Notes under the pieces: model-generated | What the model was told of the DNA's origin: nothing | What the model saw: only the letters and a program-made list of their open reading frames with translations | Database searches by the model: none | Shown here: positions 60,780-64,000 of the stretch, piece by piece | Layout: each line of letters starts with the position of its first letter | Position numbering within the stretch: the first letter of the stretch is position 1 | Translations under genes and position numbers: made by a program | Source of the DNA: Centroscyllium fabricii | Lineage: Eukaryota | Length of the DNA: 64,000 nt | Reading direction: 5' to 3' | NCBI GenBank assembly: GCA_051313645.2 | Contig: JBNRSN020000010.1 | Span: 10,850,001-10,914,000 of the forward strand

Positions 60780-62769
60780 GTACATACAGTGTTCACTTTG
60801 TTTCACCTGTGATTGATTTGCTTCCTGGATGGATTATCAAATTTGTTGATTTGGTCACGGTGTCCAGTGAGAATTTGTGACCAATTACTAAAAGCCAGGG
60901 GTGATCTGGAATCGATGCATACAACGAAACTGTAAAAACATCGCCCCCAATCTGTCCTACCAGACAGAAACGAATGTGTTCCTTTGAATGAGTGAATTGT
61001 ACTGTAAACATATCCCACCACACTTGTTAATTGGATAAGGGTGTGTTGAGGCGATTGGTTCCTCAATTAAAGTCATGCATATTGTCCATATTTTGATATA
61101 ATTCCTTGATTTGATATTGTTACTTATAATTAAGTAGTAATTCTTAATGCTATTTGGGAAGATGATTTTGTTGACGTCTACTTTTGTCTACTGGGGAATT
61201 TCAGGAGCGGGGTGAAGTAAAGACGAAATGCTATAGCGTCACCACTGGCGGGGCATAGTTACAGGTGGTTATGGAGTTTTCAGTATAAACTTGGACAAAG
61301 GAGCTGTTAAAGGGAGAAAGTTGGATGCGGAATTGTGATAACAGGAAATAGGTTTGGTAGACAGGAAGTAGTCGCAGCAATAAAGTTTTGAATAAGTCGT
61401 AGACAGTTAAAGGATTAACACTTGCTAATAGCTGTTGGAAGCAATATCTGGCAGCATGGAATGTTTTGCAATATAATAGAGCAGGTTTCAAGATCCTAGT
61501 CTTCATCGTATGAGGTTTTCAGATAATTATTACCCCATATAGATAACTGCACACCATCCTCACTGTGCACAGTGACAACATTGACGGTACGGGCAGCATT
61601 TGCGAAGTGACATTATCCAAAAGTATACTAACAGCGGTCTAGGATCAGATTAGCAACGCGTTTAAAAGAATGGCTGTAGCGCAATGGAGTGCTCACACAA
61701 CCGATACAAGTCTGGCCACCATGAAACAGAATCGATCTGGAGTGTCGGACTAACAATCCAAATAGCGGGATGTGAACAGCTACCACAGCGATGTGTGCCA
61801 CTGAATTTTAAAAAAATTGCTAATTTATGGACTGGGGCTAAATTGATTATGCTGATTGTTGCTGATGTTCAGGAGGAGCTAATGGATCCCCTCTCAGAAT
61901 TTGATGAAACTTGTAGTTTCAGCTAAAGTTAATTCTTTAACTAATGCAACCAAATGACAGAAACTGGTCATTTATCTCAACCTCAAGATTGCTCTATTAA
62001 CTCAACTGCTGCCATAATGTCCTTTATGGAAATAAGCCTCCCAAATCTACCAGTTTTGTATTAGACCTAACTCCAGGTCCGGGTACATTTCTACTTTTGC
62101 GATACAGTAACATGTGTAATAGCGTCGTCTGAATGTCGTCCATCTACCCTGAGTTTTAATTTAATCAAATTTAATGGAAGTCAACGATCATCCGTGTATT
62201 AATATCACACACTTTCAAAATATACTCCGGCGTGCTAACTCTTAATGCTCCCATGGCAAACCATGATGAACACCAAGTGCAGCACCACTGCGAGAGAAAA
62301 AATATAAGTTGCTCCCGTAAAGACACTGAGATATATGAAAACTGGGGTCAGAATGCATAAAAGCTTTTACCGCCGAATTTGCTACTTATAATCCTTTATC
62401 AGCAGATAGTCCTTCTAATAATCCCGCCATTCGCAGCAAAGTTAAGTAGAGAAAACAATGATTCCGAAGAGGGTGTGAAATAGCAAACAGAAAGATTATT
62501 TTGGATTCAATGCCTCTATCGAAATAATGGATTTGAATCTGCAAACTGTGTTTCCAAATCTAAGGATTTTGGATCTACATTGCGTCTCCAGAATTGCCTG
62601 CTTTGATGCACGGTTTAAGTATAGTCTTTGCAAATCATTGACTTTAGATAAATACCAATTTTACAGATCTGTGGTAGCATTTAGTGTTCGAAACCGGGGT
62701 AGAGCAATGAGTGGCTTGAACCAATATTTGACATATTGCACAGGCGGCTCAAATTTTTTCGAAAACACT

Positions 62770-63155
62770 CGCCTCCGAAACAGAAGAACACCGGTTCATG
62801 CCTCGTTCTACAAGTTATGTCCATAACGCAGGCTGACGCCCAGTGCAGTGCCGAGTGAGTACGGCCATGTGGGCGCGATCATCTTTTGGACCAGATGTTA
62901 AACTGAAGACTCGTCTGACTGTTCAGGTGAAAGTAAAAATACTCTGGCACTATGTCAAGAAGGTACTGATGTTAGCAAATATTAATTGCTTAACCAACGC
63001 CACTAAAATATCTTGACAGGGCATTTATCTCAAGAACATTTACAGGATATTGATTTTCTGCATCGTTTGCTTGACAATAACAGTGACTGTATTCTCCAGC
63101 TAATTACTTGTAAAATGCTTCGGGACATTTTGTAAATCTGAAAAGCTCTATATCA
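62770..63155 (+). mobile_element. Old Deu-domain SINE remnant (DeuSINE/AmnSINE-like)
   Basis: ggctgac.cccagtgcagt…gatgttaaactga…tcaggtg…gtaaaa…tggcactat resembles the Deu core as I recall it; not verified by alignment. Confidence 0.5.
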
Positions 63156-63247
63156 GTTGGATTGTTTCATTTTTGATGGGATGCTGTTTGTTGAAATCCG
63201 GACATGTGCTGAGATTTACAGTGAAATATATTGGTGTCATTCCTCAG

Positions 63248-63346
63248 AGAGTGATGATGCAGATAGTACAGGAGCTGTGCAAGAGACCCGGGCTGAACAA
63301 ATGTGGCTTTGATATGCCGACCATCTACATCCCGGATCCCAGCAAG
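63248..63346 (+). CDS. NTPase exon 7 (RVMMQIVQELCKRPGLNKCGFDMPTIYIPDPSK); the gene continues beyond the window
   Basis: cctcAG| … AAG|GTAGGG, phases 0/0, 99 nt. Confidence 0.92.
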
Positions 63347-63634
63347 GTAGGGCTGTGTTATCTCAATGTTAATTACAAATGCACAGAGCTCACAGAAACA
63401 GCACTCTGTAGACGCAGCACGCGTGGATTCCAATTTGCGCGTTGTATAAGTGAATGGTAGCATAATCGTTAGGTTACAGACTAGCATTCCAAGAGGCCTG
63501 GACTAATGATCCGGATACGTTAGTTCAGAATCCCACCACAGCAGTTGGCGAATTTATACTAAGATTTTTTTTTAAAGTCGAACCAAAAGGTAGTATCAGT
63601 AATTATGTCGAATTAGCTACCGGATTATCATAAA

Positions 63635-64000
63635 CGGGGGTAGAGAAAAAGCGGGACATTTTGGACCAGTAAGCATGACATTGGTGGTGGGGAAAATGCT
63701 CGAATCCATTATTAAAGATGCAATAGCATTACACTTGAAACACATTGACGGGATCGGACAGAGTCAACATGGATTTACAAAAGTTAAATCGTGCTTGGGT
63801 AGTCTATTGGAATTTATTGAGGATGTTACTGCTAAAATAGACAGGGGAGAAGCAGTAGTCGTGCTGTATTTGGACTTTCAGAAAGCTTTTGCTAAGGTCC
63901 CTCATAAGAGACTAGCGTGCAAAATTAAGGCTAATTGGATTGGGGGCAAGGTATTGATTTGGAAAGGGAACATGTTGGCAGATTGAAAACAGAGATTTGG
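63635..64000 (+). mobile_element. CR1 RT fragment, cut by the window edge
   Basis: QHGFTK, LDFQKAF and VPHKRL motifs. Confidence 0.88.

Overview
Repeat-dense vertebrate DNA, very likely from an elasmobranch (shark or ray), based on HE1-type V-SINEs sharing a 3' tail with CR1-clade LINEs. There is one host gene, on the + strand. Seven phase-compatible GT-AG coding exons (38484-63346; 777 nt, 259 aa; the gene runs past the window end) encode a dynamin/EHD-like P-loop NTPase with G1 GNHSAGKS, G3 DTPG and G4 SKAD. The rest is mostly mobile and tandem DNA. (1) Many CR1 LINE pieces, including a young copy with a twin-priming-type 5' inversion and an 8-bp TSD (8650-11890). (2) Two full-length but defective CsRn1-type Gypsy LTR elements (23730-28161, 42984-47778), each nested in a CR1 that is itself nested in a tandem array. 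(3) Penelope-like sequences carrying minimal hammerhead ribozyme motifs. (4) SINEs and MITEs. (5) A ~17-kb 26-bp satellite with higher-order structure, a G-rich 28-bp intronic minisatellite and a ~66-bp satellite. An old tandem-duplicated, internally repetitive exon-like module (7040-7690 and 8565-12705) is unexplained. I found no evidence for a prokaryote-type or CRISPR-like system. All coordinates and identities were read or counted by hand.
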